A DNA stretch of 64,000 bases from Nitrosopumilaceae archaeon (GCA_965208905.1 OZ242365.1:1280001-1344000), one strand, 5' to 3'. Numbered from the stretch's first letter, positions 10,201 to 20,820 are shown. Numbers and translations: made by a program. Notes: a model not told the origin generated them from the sequence alone.

Positions 10201-11016
10201 TTGAAGATAGAAAAGATTGTAATTGGAGCTAAATTCGGATCTGCAGAGGCAGAAGTGGCGGCACGTGATGTGGCGCAGACGTTTATACAGCGGGGATGTT
10301 GCGTATATGCCCTATCACCAATATCGGTGGATGGAGCCATACCCATAGAGGTAATTGAAGACTTGGGAGATGTACAACTGGATCTGGCCGTAACACTAGG
10401 TGGTGATGGCACCACTCTACGTACACTGCGATACCTCTCAGACGAGACGCCAATACTCACCATAAACGTTGGGGGGAACAGGGGAATATTATCTGAAATT
10501 ACACTGGAACAGCTCCCTCAAGCCATATGTCAGATGGAGTCTGATGACATAATACTGGAGAAGCGAATTAGGGTTGTGGCATCATACAATGGTGAGGAGT
10601 TTCCACCGGCGTTAAATGAGATATACATTACCAGATCCAACCTCACCCGTACTGCAAATATGATGATAAAATTCCAAAACGACACTGTAACACAAAAGAT
10701 GGATGGCGTAATGATATCTACGCCCAGTGGTTCTACGGGCCACTCTTTCTCCTTGGGAGGGCCCATACTACACGAGAGCCTTGATGTATTGATAATCACC
10801 CCCGTGGCCCCAATGTATAGATTGGCGTCCATCGTTGTCCCTGATGATATCATAGAGATAATACCATCTCATGACTGTAGTATTGTAATGGATGCTCAGG
10901 TAATAAAGTATGCAGGATTCAACGAAACTATAACAATAAAAAAGTATGATAAGAGGGCGGTCTTCGTACGACTCAAAAAGAGAGGACTACGACAGATGAG
11001 CAAGATGGGATTTTAG
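10201..11016 (+). CDS. nadK: NAD(+) kinase
   Basis: GGDGT, LNE, DG..ISTPSGSTGHSFSLGGP. Confidence 0.93.
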   Translation: MKIEKIVIGAKFGSAEAEVAARDVAQTFIQRGCCVYALSPISVDGAIPIEVIEDLGDVQLDLAVTLGGDGTTLRTLRYLSDETPILTINVGGNRGILSEITLEQLPQAICQMESDDIILEKRIRVVASYNGEEFPPALNEIYITRSNLTRTANMMIKFQNDTVTQKMDGVMISTPSGSTGHSFSLGGPILHESLDVLIITPVAPMYRLASIVVPDDIIEIIPSHDCSIVMDAQVIKYAGFNETITIKKYDKRAVFVRLKKRGLRQMSKMGF

Positions 11017-11504
11017 TCTCTATTTACTAACTTTTTGCGCAAGACGCTGCCACAGATGCTACATATGCGTCCTGGTGGTCGCTGTGTGCGACATGCCGGA
11101 CATCTATATCTCCATATGCCTACTGTCTTTACTCCAGAGGTCATAACCGGAAACACTGACAGTCCTAGATGTCTGGCGGTATTGGAGATGGCATAATCAT
11201 CAGTTATTATGGATTGTTTCATCTGTAACGCCAGTGCTATAACAGAGATATCTGCCTCTGACAGTTGTGGTCTATCGCCAGCTCTTTGTGCAAAACCCAG
11301 TACCTGTTTTACATACATGTGATCTGGCGAATATATGGCAAGCCTGCCCAAATTTACTAATGTACCTATGGCATCCTGCCTCTTTTTAATGTGTGATATC
11401 TCATCGTATATCTGCGGTGTCGTACAATAAGACTCCAAAGAACCAAAAGGTACGCCAGCATAAAAGGCACTTGCATCCAATATGACACGACTAGAGTCAA
11501 TCAA
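11013..11504 (-). CDS. nob1: Nob1-family PIN endonuclease
   Basis: ILDASAF, LSEAD, ITDDYA, C-terminal CPAC..CSIC. Confidence 0.88.
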   Translation of the reverse strand: MIDSSRVILDASAFYAGVPFGSLESYCTTPQIYDEISHIKKRQDAIGTLVNLGRLAIYSPDHMYVKQVLGFAQRAGDRPQLSEADISVIALALQMKQSIITDDYAISNTARHLGLSVFPVMTSGVKTVGIWRYRCPACRTQRPPGRICSICGSVLRKKLVNRD

Positions 11505-11511
11505 GCAAACA

Positions 11512-12051
11512 TCACTCCTCTATGGGCGCCCAACCATCACCACGAAACAGATACTCTGTGTCAGCAATAGCCCGATATAATCGCCATCTAACAGTCTTGG
11601 AGTCAAAACGATACGATATGGTGGCAGTATTAGGAGGAATCTTGTCTTTATCAAGATGGTATGGTAGTAACTCCAATACAAAGTCTATCTTTTCGACAGA
11701 GTTGTCAAACCACTGTTTGTCCTCTGAATCCATGGTAAAAGTGATGGTGGGCTCTCCAGAAAATATCAAATTCACCTTTAGGGCATTACCCGAACCCCGC
11801 CGCCTCTTTATCTCCTTGAATAGCGACTTTACCTTCTCCCAGCGTCTATAGTCGAACCAGATAAAGAACTCTTCACTAAATGCAACAGGTATGTACAGTG
11901 ATAGTTTGCTGACAAACTCAACATCGTCAGGCTCTATCTCATCTTGTACTACATCAAAACGGGATCTAAAGTAGCCATACAAAACCTCTATCTCCCAAGG
12001 CGAGATGCCATAGTATCGAAATACTGTCTGTGCCATTACTACATAATGCAA
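11512..12051 (-). CDS. Conserved hypothetical protein
   Basis: Clean ORF in tandem with nob1. Confidence 0.65.
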   Translation of the reverse strand: MHYVVMAQTVFRYYGISPWEIEVLYGYFRSRFDVVQDEIEPDDVEFVSKLSLYIPVAFSEEFFIWFDYRRWEKVKSLFKEIKRRRGSGNALKVNLIFSGEPTITFTMDSEDKQWFDNSVEKIDFVLELLPYHLDKDKIPPNTATISYRFDSKTVRWRLYRAIADTEYLFRGDGWAPIEE

Positions 12052-12088
12052 GTACCAAATATATATTACAGATTGTGGTTATGATGTT

Positions 12089-12409
12089 GTGAAGAAAGAG
12101 TTTGTTGTGAAGAGCATAGATGCAGCTCCAGATGGTTCTCCCTATGTTGTAGTATCTCTCTCCTCACTAAAGGATGTGAATGAGGGTAACGTCTCACCCA
12201 TGTCGCCGTTTGGACAGCAACCTAAAATGATGGAGTTCACCAACATGAATGATATGGTAAAAGACATAAACAGAATGTTTGCCGGTATGAGTGGATCTGC
12301 AGGACTTACTCAAATAAAGATAGACATGCACGAGTACAAAGATATGGGCCTTTCGGTAGGTGACAAAGTATATCTGGAGTTGACCAAAGCCGAGACACTA
12401 GGCATTTAG
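12089..12409 (+). CDS. Conserved hypothetical protein
   Basis: Clean ORF ending in YKDMGLSVGDKV. Confidence 0.65.
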   Translation: MKKEFVVKSIDAAPDGSPYVVVSLSSLKDVNEGNVSPMSPFGQQPKMMEFTNMNDMVKDINRMFAGMSGSAGLTQIKIDMHEYKDMGLSVGDKVYLELTKAETLGI

Positions 12410-12957
12410 AGAGTATGCACATACTTCCACAGATAAAATACACCTACTGTACCTATCACAAACAACATGGGCTTCCATGCTAATACAGGTATGCTGGGCG
12501 TAGAAAGTTTCACCTTATAATCATCATAGATGGAGCGCACGTATCTCTTTATGCTATCATTCCAGACCTTGTGGTCGATATTATACTTATTTAACACATC
12601 TTGAATCTCGTATATTACAGGCGTCCTCTGGCTGAATAAGTGTTGAAGGTAGTCTCTTGAAACTTCGACCTCTGCATGAATGCCTATTAGGCCCTCCTTT
12701 ATCTGCACCATGCGCACGTGTAACTCCCAGGGCTTCTTTAATTTCAAGTTGAAGCCTCGTCCTAACTGATTGGGCTGCTTGTGCTCAAACTTTACTTTGG
12801 TAAACCCCTCCTTGGAGAATATGCGGCTTATCTCTTCAAAGCTATTCTGTACCACCACGTGCAGCTGTTCAAGCCCTTCATAAGCGTCAATTCCAATACG
12901 CCGGCGTACTCCATCTACCATAAATACCGTCTTTGGATATCGGGTCGCATACTCCAT
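12406..12957 (-). CDS. Conserved hypothetical protein with C-terminal TM anchor
   Basis: Clean ORF with hydrophobic C-terminus. Confidence 0.65.
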   Translation of the reverse strand: MEYATRYPKTVFMVDGVRRRIGIDAYEGLEQLHVVVQNSFEEISRIFSKEGFTKVKFEHKQPNQLGRGFNLKLKKPWELHVRMVQIKEGLIGIHAEVEVSRDYLQHLFSQRTPVIYEIQDVLNKYNIDHKVWNDSIKRYVRSIYDDYKVKLSTPSIPVLAWKPMLFVIGTVGVFYLWKYVHTL

Positions 12958-13116
12958 GGTCTAAAAATTAAATTTTTATATTTAAATTCGTTACGTTGCA
13001 GGGTTCCCCTCCAAGTGGAATAGCGAGCTAAACGCCCTCTAAATTATACAATATGGGCGATGAATATGGATAGATGTGCTCCTGACACATCAGTATAATT
13101 ATTATTTGGTTAATGG

Positions 13117-13311
13117 ATGCCAACTGTTATGGCAGTCTTGGAAGGATTGGTAATATTGACTATAATACTGGTGGGGGTCTGGGTAGGATATGCCTACTGG
13201 GATGGTTATACACACAGCGATGACTATGGAGAATCACATCACCACATGCCTGATGTATTACCTGCGTCGCATTATCCATCACCACTACAGATACATACAT
13301 CATGGCACTAA
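13117..13311 (+). CDS. Small membrane protein with His-rich tail
   Basis: One TM helix, then HHH-containing tail. Confidence 0.4.
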   Translation: MPTVMAVLEGLVILTIILVGVWVGYAYWDGYTHSDDYGESHHHMPDVLPASHYPSPLQIHTSWH

Positions 13312-13505
13312 CCCAACGTGAAAGAGTAATAGTTGCAGTATCCAATGCTCTAACAGTATATGCAATCAAACGCAGTGAGAATGCTATACCGTCCAATGTA
13401 ACACCTCATAAATTTGTTCTGGACCATGTACAAGAGAGTATTCGTCCCTTGGTGTCAGTGGATATAATCGATGATACGTATGTTGCACTAACAAACGGTT
13501 CATAA
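13302..13505 (+). CDS. Small conserved hypothetical protein
   Basis: 67-aa ORF directly upstream of purP. Confidence 0.6.
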   Translation: MALTQRERVIVAVSNALTVYAIKRSENAIPSNVTPHKFVLDHVQESIRPLVSVDIIDDTYVALTNGS

Positions 13506-13522
13506 AAGGCTCACACTTTGCT

Positions 13523-14545
13523 ATGGTTATGGTTACAGTATCCACCTTGGGATCTCATTGCGCATTACAACTCCTGAAGGGTGCAAAAGATGAGGGACTA
13601 GACACATTACTGGTATGTGAGAAACGACGATTGAGTCTGTATAGCCGATTTTCATTCATAGACAAGATTGTGCCGGTGGACTCTTTTACTGACATATTGC
13701 AAGAACCATGCGCTTCTGAGATACAAGATACAATATTGATACCTCACGGAACACTGATATCACAACTAGATAGTGAGAAGATTGAGAGTATACAGACGCC
13801 AATCTTCGGCAACAAATACATACTGAAGTGGGAGTCGGATCGTGAACTAAAGGAGCAGATGATGAGGAAGGCCGACTTGCCTGTGCCAAAGGCAATAAAC
13901 TCACCAGATGATATAGATGATATGGTAATTGTAAAACGCCAAGGCGCAGCCGGCGGCAAGGGCTACTTTATGGCATCAACTACTCAAGAGTATCATACAC
14001 GTCGAAAATCTCTAATAGCAGATGGTGTGATATCGCCAGATGAACCATTATACATACAAAGATACGTCTCTGGAGTTTTGGCATATCTGCAGTTCTTTTA
14101 CTCACCAATACGTGATGAGGTGGAGTTTTTTGGATGTGACCAGCGTCATGAATCTGACATAGAGGGTATCTCCCGCATACCCGCTTCGAACCAAATTACT
14201 TCAAGTACTCCATCATTCAATGTTATAGGTAATAGTCCACTAGTTCTCCGAGAGTCTTTATTGGATGAGGCATACAAGATGGCTGAAAGATTTGTAGATG
14301 CTGCTAGGAGATTAGCAAGTCCGGGTATGAACGGACCCTTCTGTATAGAAGGAGTGTATGATGCTGATGCCAAGTTCAGCGCCTTTGAGTTCTCTGCTCG
14401 TATTGTCGCGGGTACCAACATATACATGAACGGCTCGCCATACTACAATCTACTGTTTAACGAACCCATAAGTATGGGGAGGCGTATATGTCGCGAAATT
14501 AAAGATGCTATTGCAGTGAATAGTCTAAAGAACGTAATTACATAG
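13523..14545 (+). CDS. purP: Formate-dependent FAICAR synthetase PurP (ATP-grasp)
   Basis: TLGSHCALQ, GAAGGKGYF, GPFCIE, EFSARIVAGTN. Confidence 0.93.
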   Translation: MVMVTVSTLGSHCALQLLKGAKDEGLDTLLVCEKRRLSLYSRFSFIDKIVPVDSFTDILQEPCASEIQDTILIPHGTLISQLDSEKIESIQTPIFGNKYILKWESDRELKEQMMRKADLPVPKAINSPDDIDDMVIVKRQGAAGGKGYFMASTTQEYHTRRKSLIADGVISPDEPLYIQRYVSGVLAYLQFFYSPIRDEVEFFGCDQRHESDIEGISRIPASNQITSSTPSFNVIGNSPLVLRESLLDEAYKMAERFVDAARRLASPGMNGPFCIEGVYDADAKFSAFEFSARIVAGTNIYMNGSPYYNLLFNEPISMGRRICREIKDAIAVNSLKNVIT

Positions 14546-14780
14546 TCAATCATTCCAGTGGACAGCACTCATTACTCCACGTTGTGACTTTATCACATAT
14601 CTATCTCGAAGTTTGACACTTATCAAGTCGATCACCAATACGGCCAACAATACAACCAACATGAAGAATGCCGCCTTACCCAGTCAGGGATTGTTGTTAC
14701 TGCATAAGCGTATTGTGCAATTGGAACATAACCATCACAGCCAGCAGCACTAAACCTAATAGTATATTTTTATCGTTGTA
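14546..14780 (-). pseudogene. Chimeric remnant: secreted-protein N-terminus joined to a PhnE-like permease C-terminus
   Basis: Minus strand gives NILLGLVLLAVMV / VPIAQYAYAVTTIPDWV (frameshifted), then GKAAFFMLVVLLAVLVIDLISVKLRDRY in another frame. Confidence 0.45.
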
Positions 14781-14950
14781 ATTTGGTTCGTGGCAAACCA
14801 TTATGCAAGTGACTACACATTACATAATTACGTTATAAAACGTGATAGTTTTGATTCCATTCTATATGATGTACTCTGAGACCAGACCTGCATCGCTATC
14901 TGGAAACCACCACACTGTAATAATATAAGATACCTTGTCTGTATATTGGT

Positions 14951-15280
14951 GTGTCAAAAAGGAACATAAATGTAAAAGTATCATCTACCGCAACACCTGA
15001 TGATGTAACACAACTACAGGAGTATCTGGACGAACTACCAACCGCTATAGTACTATCAGGATTAAGTTTCGCTCAAGCTAGATGGCGTCGACAAAACTCA
15101 GGTACCTTGAAGGTGGGACGTAAAGGAGTCGTTGACATGGAGGTGGATGCGGTAACTCCAGAGCAGGCAGCGTGGCGTTTGAGTAATTGGAAGATGATGA
15201 TATCCGAATACAAACAACGTGGCTATAGTTACCCTACAATATCAAGAATTAAAAAGAGATTATGTAAAATATCAAACTAA
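14951..15280 (+). CDS. Conserved hypothetical protein
   Basis: Clean ORF with GTG start after a TATA-like element. Confidence 0.6.
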   Translation: MSKRNINVKVSSTATPDDVTQLQEYLDELPTAIVLSGLSFAQARWRRQNSGTLKVGRKGVVDMEVDAVTPEQAAWRLSNWKMMISEYKQRGYSYPTISRIKKRLCKISN

Positions 15281-15967
15281 TCATGCCAGTTCACTTTGGC
15301 GTTTTGGTGGTTCCCGTTGCTGTATCTGTGCAGATACGATATTGGACTCTGCAAGTAAATCTTGTGGTACAGCCGGTATGGTTGCCTCAGCTTCACGAGT
15401 CAACACGGTGTGTGCTTCATCCAATATATCCATGGCCTCACGGTTTCGGGGCATATTTGGAGCAAGTAGGTCTTCAGAAGTTATGCGTGACTGACTCATC
15501 ATATCGCCCATTATCTCTGATAAGTCATTCATGGCATTGGATGCTTCGGGGATCATGCCTGATATGGTAGGCCCTAGGTCTCGTATTATCGACATACATG
15601 GACTTAGTGTTACTACTATGTCTCCCAACTCTGAGACGGTATTGAGACGTATTTTCACCTGCTCCATAGAGAGCTTTGCTGTAGTTACCATACTCTTCAT
15701 CTTGCGGACATGACTTAGTTCATTGGCATACATTTCGGCATATCGGTTGTTGCGGGCACGTTGTGCAGCTATAATGCGCTCAAATATCTGTTCCTCTTTT
15801 ATACGCAACTTTTCATCAATGGCCTGCAAGCGAGTTATGGGAATCTCCAAGGTCTTTTGTGCTTCCGCTATCTTTCTGGGCGTTAATGCATCTTGGTTTT
15901 TACGTTTTAGTATGTTTGAGAATCGTTCACCTTTTTTATTATTATCATTCCAGTAATCCGTTATCAT
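15281..15967 (-). CDS. cdvB: ESCRT-III/Snf7 (CdvB paralog)
   Basis: Coiled coil with YANEL..VRKM, RLNTVSELGDIVVTLSP, ILDEA. Confidence 0.88.
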   Translation of the reverse strand: MITDYWNDNNKKGERFSNILKRKNQDALTPRKIAEAQKTLEIPITRLQAIDEKLRIKEEQIFERIIAAQRARNNRYAEMYANELSHVRKMKSMVTTAKLSMEQVKIRLNTVSELGDIVVTLSPCMSIIRDLGPTISGMIPEASNAMNDLSEIMGDMMSQSRITSEDLLAPNMPRNREAMDILDEAHTVLTREAEATIPAVPQDLLAESNIVSAQIQQREPPKRQSELA

Positions 15968-16077
15968 AAGTATATGAATAGTTCAATATATCGTTAAAAA
16001 CTAGCATGTAACTGCCCCCTCATTTACCACGGTGACAGATGTGCAGGGTGACAAATTTACACCATACATTACAAGGA

Positions 16078-17169
16078 CTAACCAAAAGTATATGTGAATA
16101 TCTCTACACCTGGAGTTGTAATTCGTAACTCCAACATATGTGTGCCGGCAACATCTGACGTCACTATGTTGTATAGTCCAGGCTCTGACACCTCTAATAT
16201 GTAATCGTCTAAACTATATCCCTGATAATTGGTAGCGATGGGTTCGCCATCAAGATAGACCTCTATGGTTCCTACACCTTCAGTAACTATATTCACCTCT
16301 TTTGCAAAGTATTGTAGATGGATTGCACCTGAATCTGACTCCAACTTCATACTTTCCGGACCATTCTGCCATGTTCCCACCATGTAGAATTTGTGTGTAT
16401 CTAGCGTATCTGGGATACTACTATACGTGATGGATTGGTTGGGGCGAAATCCTTCATCATTTCCCAACTGTGAGCGTCCAGCTGCCAGCTTGTATCCAAG
16501 ATATAGTTCGGGTGTCCGGGATGACGTGTGCTGGAAAGACTCTAGTTCCACAAGGTCCTGTGAAGGCATACTTGACTGCATTGCAAAAGCCCGCTCTGCT
16601 AACAACTCTTGTATTACTCGTTCGGTCTCCTGATATGCGCCCTCGCCTATGTGATCATACCTGATGTATCCTTCATGATCTGCGATATATTTACGAGGCC
16701 AATACCTATTTTCAAACGCCTTCCAAGTATCCATGTCGTTGTCCATAACTACCGGATACTCTATACCATGCTTTTCCATGGCCGCCATTACATTTACTGG
16801 ATCTTTCTCAAACTCAAACTCGGGACTATGTATGCCAATTATCAACAAACCTTGATCAGAATATTTGTCATCCCAGGCGGTTATGAACGGTAGTGTGCGT
16901 ATGCAATTGATACATGAATATGTCCAAATATCATATAACACAACACTATCTTGAATTTTAGTATTTAATTCCTCTGGAGTGGTATTGATGTATTCTGCAA
17001 TACCTACAATCTCTGGAGCCACCCTAAAGTTGGACTTGTCCACGGGGGATACTGTAAACTCTTGTACTGCCTCTTGCTCTATACTGCCTAGGTAGACCGA
17101 CACCAGACTCACGCCAGCAGCTATTACGATACCTAGTATTATGGCAGTCTTTATCTCACTCTTCATCAT
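16078..17169 (-). CDS. Membrane-anchored thioredoxin-like protein (DipZ C-terminal type)
   Basis: WTYSCINCIRT, HSPEFEFEK, NRYWP, TPELYLG. Confidence 0.88.
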   Translation of the reverse strand: MMKSEIKTAIILGIVIAAGVSLVSVYLGSIEQEAVQEFTVSPVDKSNFRVAPEIVGIAEYINTTPEELNTKIQDSVVLYDIWTYSCINCIRTLPFITAWDDKYSDQGLLIIGIHSPEFEFEKDPVNVMAAMEKHGIEYPVVMDNDMDTWKAFENRYWPRKYIADHEGYIRYDHIGEGAYQETERVIQELLAERAFAMQSSMPSQDLVELESFQHTSSRTPELYLGYKLAAGRSQLGNDEGFRPNQSITYSSIPDTLDTHKFYMVGTWQNGPESMKLESDSGAIHLQYFAKEVNIVTEGVGTIEVYLDGEPIATNYQGYSLDDYILEVSEPGLYNIVTSDVAGTHMLELRITTPGVEIFTYTFG

Positions 17170-17172
17170 ACA

Positions 17173-17904
17173 TCATCCTAAAGCGATCAACTCATTTAGT
17201 AGTGGAAAATTAGCTAAATATGCCAGCTGGTTGGTATATACCAATATACCTAGTATTATTATGAATGCACCTAACATTATGGAATAATACTTCAAATGTC
17301 TGCCCATGGCCCGAATTATTCTCTGGGCTCTTGAAAAGAATATGGCCATCAGTATGAATGGAATTCCGAGACTTAGCGAATATACTAATAATAGATTAAA
17401 GGCGATTGCGGGAGTTGTAGCCGCCAATGTTAGAATTGTTCCCAATATTGGACCTACACATGGAGTCCATCCTACAGCAAATGCCAAACCAAACACAAAC
17501 GACAGTGGATATGATGCCTTCTCCCGGCGTACTAGAATCTTTTTTTCCATATTTAATGCATTTATTTTTGTAGAGAGAATTAAAAATGCACCAAAACCGA
17601 TTATTATAATACCGCCTATTTGATTTAATAAATTAATGACCTCTCCGCCTACTCCGACAAATATACTGTTTATGGTCACTCCGATCACGGAAAACACCAC
17701 CGAAAAGCCTAAGACAAAGAATACTGAATTTAATATAATGTTAGTTCTATTGACCACAACCGTACCCTCTTGGGATTTATTGATGTCTGCCAGTGTGGTC
17801 CCTGATATATATGCCAAGAACGCCGGTATCATGGGTAGAATACACGGTGCCCAAAACGAGCCTAGTCCTGCTAATGCTGCTATGGCCAATGTAACTTCTA
17901 CCAT
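17173..17904 (-). CDS. ccdA: CcdA/DsbD-type thiol-disulfide transporter
   Basis: APCILPMIP and GWTPCVGPIL motifs; multi-TM. Confidence 0.9.
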   Translation of the reverse strand: MVEVTLAIAALAGLGSFWAPCILPMIPAFLAYISGTTLADINKSQEGTVVVNRTNIILNSVFFVLGFSVVFSVIGVTINSIFVGVGGEVINLLNQIGGIIIIGFGAFLILSTKINALNMEKKILVRREKASYPLSFVFGLAFAVGWTPCVGPILGTILTLAATTPAIAFNLLLVYSLSLGIPFILMAIFFSRAQRIIRAMGRHLKYYSIMLGAFIIILGILVYTNQLAYLANFPLLNELIALG

Positions 17905-17947
17905 GATATTATAACTACTACCTAATGTAAAAACCTACTGCATAATT

Positions 17948-18066
17948 GACAGTGTTTCATAATTCGCATGTCTTTCGACTGCGGATCGGCATCCCGCACG
18001 GTCCGGGATCCACATGGCGGCCGGCCTGTCCAGATTGCGTTAGATCACGAATTATGAAATACTGTC
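17948..18066. ncRNA. Candidate structured RNA (~119 nt), minus strand slightly favoured
   Basis: 19-bp closing stem (18/19) enclosing a GC-rich core with nested stems and a GTC-GAAA-GAC tetraloop on the minus strand. Confidence 0.5.
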
Positions 18067-18109
18067 GCTTAATTTTTCAAAGTATTTTATTATACATGGT
18101 AAAAAAATG

Positions 18110-18727
18110 CTATTTTATACCAACAATAAATAGAGTTCCGTGTTCTCTCTTCCATTTAATTGGACTGTCCGGCTGTCGCACCCTATAATACGATGCATCA
18201 AAGCCAGATTTAACAAACATCTCCACCCACTCAGACTCGGAGTGCAGATGCATAGTTATGGGCATCGAGTCCGCCCAACATTTAGTATCTGGATTTTCGG
18301 TATAATAATCTGTACCGCACACAAATCGACCACCTGTAAGTAGCATTGAGTATATCTTTGATATGGACCTTGACACAGATTCAGTATAGTATAATGACTC
18401 CATTGAAAATATCAGGTCAAATGGAGCAGACGTCCATCTATCTAGGGACATGATGTGATATTGCTCATGCGGACGTCTTTGTAATTTTTTGGCATTTTGT
18501 ATCATGAGACTACTTTTATCTATACCTACTGCTCGTGTACAGTGTGGGTTGGCCGCCATGCGCCGCACCACCCATCCGTTTCCACACCCCACATCCATAA
18601 ATGAGAATGATTTATCCATGCGTATTGTATTTAAAATCGCATCTACACTGTATTGGTGTCCTGTCGCCATAGTTTTATCGCGCCCACTAGTGACAAATTC
18701 ATCAAATACCCGGGATATGTCATCCAT
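18110..18727 (-). CDS. Class I SAM-dependent methyltransferase
   Basis: MDVGCGNG, GIDKS, FDLIFSMESLYY. Confidence 0.88.
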   Translation of the reverse strand: MDDISRVFDEFVTSGRDKTMATGHQYSVDAILNTIRMDKSFSFMDVGCGNGWVVRRMAANPHCTRAVGIDKSSLMIQNAKKLQRRPHEQYHIMSLDRWTSAPFDLIFSMESLYYTESVSRSISKIYSMLLTGGRFVCGTDYYTENPDTKCWADSMPITMHLHSESEWVEMFVKSGFDASYYRVRQPDSPIKWKREHGTLFIVGIK

Positions 18728-18768
18728 ACATTTCTGATAATATTGTACTGTATTTTAATTACACAAAT

Positions 18769-19605
18769 TTAAGTTGAAATATGTGGTAACAACGCCTTAT
18801 GAACATCTTGTAGTTCAGTCTGCATCTGTGTAATTATGCGTGATGATATTTTATTGGGAATGGATTGGCGAACCTTTCCTTTCATATACTCTACATCAAA
18901 ACTGCACAAATACCCTTCCTCACCGGTCACTAATCGAGCATCATCTATCATCGTGGGCGTGGTCTGATATGTCTCTATTAGCAGACTGTCTAACTCGTTG
19001 AACAGTTTGGCCTTCTGTTCGTCAAGCTGGCGTATATTACTTCCCCGAATATCATCGGTCTTATCTTCTAAATCTCGACGAAGCTCATCATTTTGATACA
19101 TCTTCTCGAACAATTCCTGAGGTTGCAGCTCCCCATACATGGATATTAGTTTGTCTGCAATTATCTTGTCAGATATTTTTGCAAACTCTGACTCATGCGA
19201 TTTGGTCTTGTCAATTATGCGGGACAACTCCAATTGACAATCTATTACGCGTTGGTCCAGCTTGTAATACAGTAACACATGAAACTGTATGGAGAGGTGG
19301 GCAGATATTATGTAGTTGCCCACCATGGTGCTAAACTTGACAAAGATACGCCGTATATCCTCATTATTGGTGGTGGTGACACCATCACTACTCCATCGCG
19401 GCAAGCGTCCAATAACACCAGCAAATATCTGTTCTATGGGTGCAAGATCAAATGTGGACTGCTCTGTAACTGTGGCATCGCCCAGCATCACAGGCACCTT
19501 TGTCATTGTTACACGATTACTCATTATGGTATTGTATGTTGCACTGATATCTTCTACAATACCAGACAGTTCATCCAACGGACCTGTGGATACTCCTATG
19601 CGCAT
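18769..19605 (-). CDS. Hypothetical coiled-coil protein
   Basis: 278-aa clean ORF. Confidence 0.65.
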   Translation of the reverse strand: MRIGVSTGPLDELSGIVEDISATYNTIMSNRVTMTKVPVMLGDATVTEQSTFDLAPIEQIFAGVIGRLPRWSSDGVTTTNNEDIRRIFVKFSTMVGNYIISAHLSIQFHVLLYYKLDQRVIDCQLELSRIIDKTKSHESEFAKISDKIIADKLISMYGELQPQELFEKMYQNDELRRDLEDKTDDIRGSNIRQLDEQKAKLFNELDSLLIETYQTTPTMIDDARLVTGEEGYLCSFDVEYMKGKVRQSIPNKISSRIITQMQTELQDVHKALLPHIST

Positions 19606-19657
19606 ATTCTAACAGTATGCCACTATCTTATATATTGACATCAATATTTTATTTCTC

Positions 19658-19774
19658 GTGACGACAATACGATGCGACCATTGCGGAGGTGAGATATCGT
19701 GTTATTATGACAAGGAATATGAGGGTATCCGCGGCAAATGCAAACGTTGTAAAGTGGATTTTCCATTGGAGTAG
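19658..19774 (+). CDS. Small Zn-finger protein (38 aa, absent from the ORF track)
   Basis: GTG start; TTIRCDHCGGEISCYYDKEYEGIRGKCKRCKVDFPLE with two CxxC; TATA-like TTATATA ~25 bp upstream. Confidence 0.65.
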   Translation: MTTIRCDHCGGEISCYYDKEYEGIRGKCKRCKVDFPLE

Positions 19775-19836
19775 ACTGTCAGACTGTATAACCGCATCTA
19801 TAAATTAATTATGAGGTATATTGTATTATCATCAAT

Positions 19837-20820
19837 ATGGCAGGGGACATACAAAACTTGGTTGAGCGGTGCTACAAAACGGCTCATAACAGACAACAGA
19901 TACAGTATAGTGACTTGGAGATGCTCTTTGATATTCCACATGAGTACATACATGTACTGACAAAAGCGGCGGGCAGACTAACTATTGATGCGCAAGGTAA
20001 GTCGGTGGATGTTGAGCAACTGAACAACATAAAGAAGAACGCATGCAGTGAGGACTGCTCATTCTGTGGACAGTCTGCGTTCTTTGACACCGGCATAGAG
20101 ACGTATAGCCTACCACCATCCGAACAGATACTATCTGATGCGCAGAGGGCAAAGGAGCAAGGAGCCTCATCATACTGTCTGGTGGCGGCCTGGAGAGAAC
20201 CACCTTTGAGGGACTTTGAACGAATATGTGATATAGTAAGAAAAATACGTCAGGAAGTTGACATATCTGTGGAGTGTAGTCTGGGTTTTCTCACTGAACA
20301 ACAGGCTCGGGCTCTCAAAGAGGCGGGTGTCAAAAGATATAATCACAATCTTGAGACGGCGCCATCAAAGTTTCCTGATATATGTACAACACATACATTT
20401 CAAGATAGGGTAAATACACTAAATGTTGCCCGAGAAGCGGGTTTGGAACTGTGTACTGGCGGCATAATTGGTCTGGGGGAGAGCCGTCAACAAAGAATGG
20501 AGTTGTCTTGGGAGATAAATAAATTAAATCCTGAAGAAGTAACCATAAATATTTTAGTACCAATACCCGGGACTCCTTTGGAGCTGCAGACTCCCTTATC
20601 ACAATACGAGATAGCTAGAATGTTTGCTGTGCTGAGATTATTACTGCCAGACTCAATCATAAAGATATCTGGTGGCCGGGAACGCGCCACAAATGATTCT
20701 GGCGAGTCCCTCCTACTTGGAGGCGCTAATGGAATTATTACCAACGGATACCTGACCATGCCCGGCAACAGTTCGGATAATGATGTATCCATGATACGAC
20801 GCGCTGGACTTGAAGCATAA
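19837..20820 (+). CDS. bioB: Biotin synthase
   Basis: CSEDCSFC, YNHNLET, CTGGIIGLGE, SGGRE. Confidence 0.95.
   Translation: MAGDIQNLVERCYKTAHNRQQIQYSDLEMLFDIPHEYIHVLTKAAGRLTIDAQGKSVDVEQLNNIKKNACSEDCSFCGQSAFFDTGIETYSLPPSEQILSDAQRAKEQGASSYCLVAAWREPPLRDFERICDIVRKIRQEVDISVECSLGFLTEQQARALKEAGVKRYNHNLETAPSKFPDICTTHTFQDRVNTLNVAREAGLELCTGGIIGLGESRQQRMELSWEINKLNPEEVTINILVPIPGTPLELQTPLSQYEIARMFAVLRLLLPDSIIKISGGRERATNDSGESLLLGGANGIITNGYLTMPGNSSDNDVSMIRRAGLEA

Noticed and set aside
18010-18035. GGCCGGCCTGTCCAG resemblance to the HDV ribozyme 5' end
   Set aside because: The nested double-pseudoknot pairings could not be built downstream
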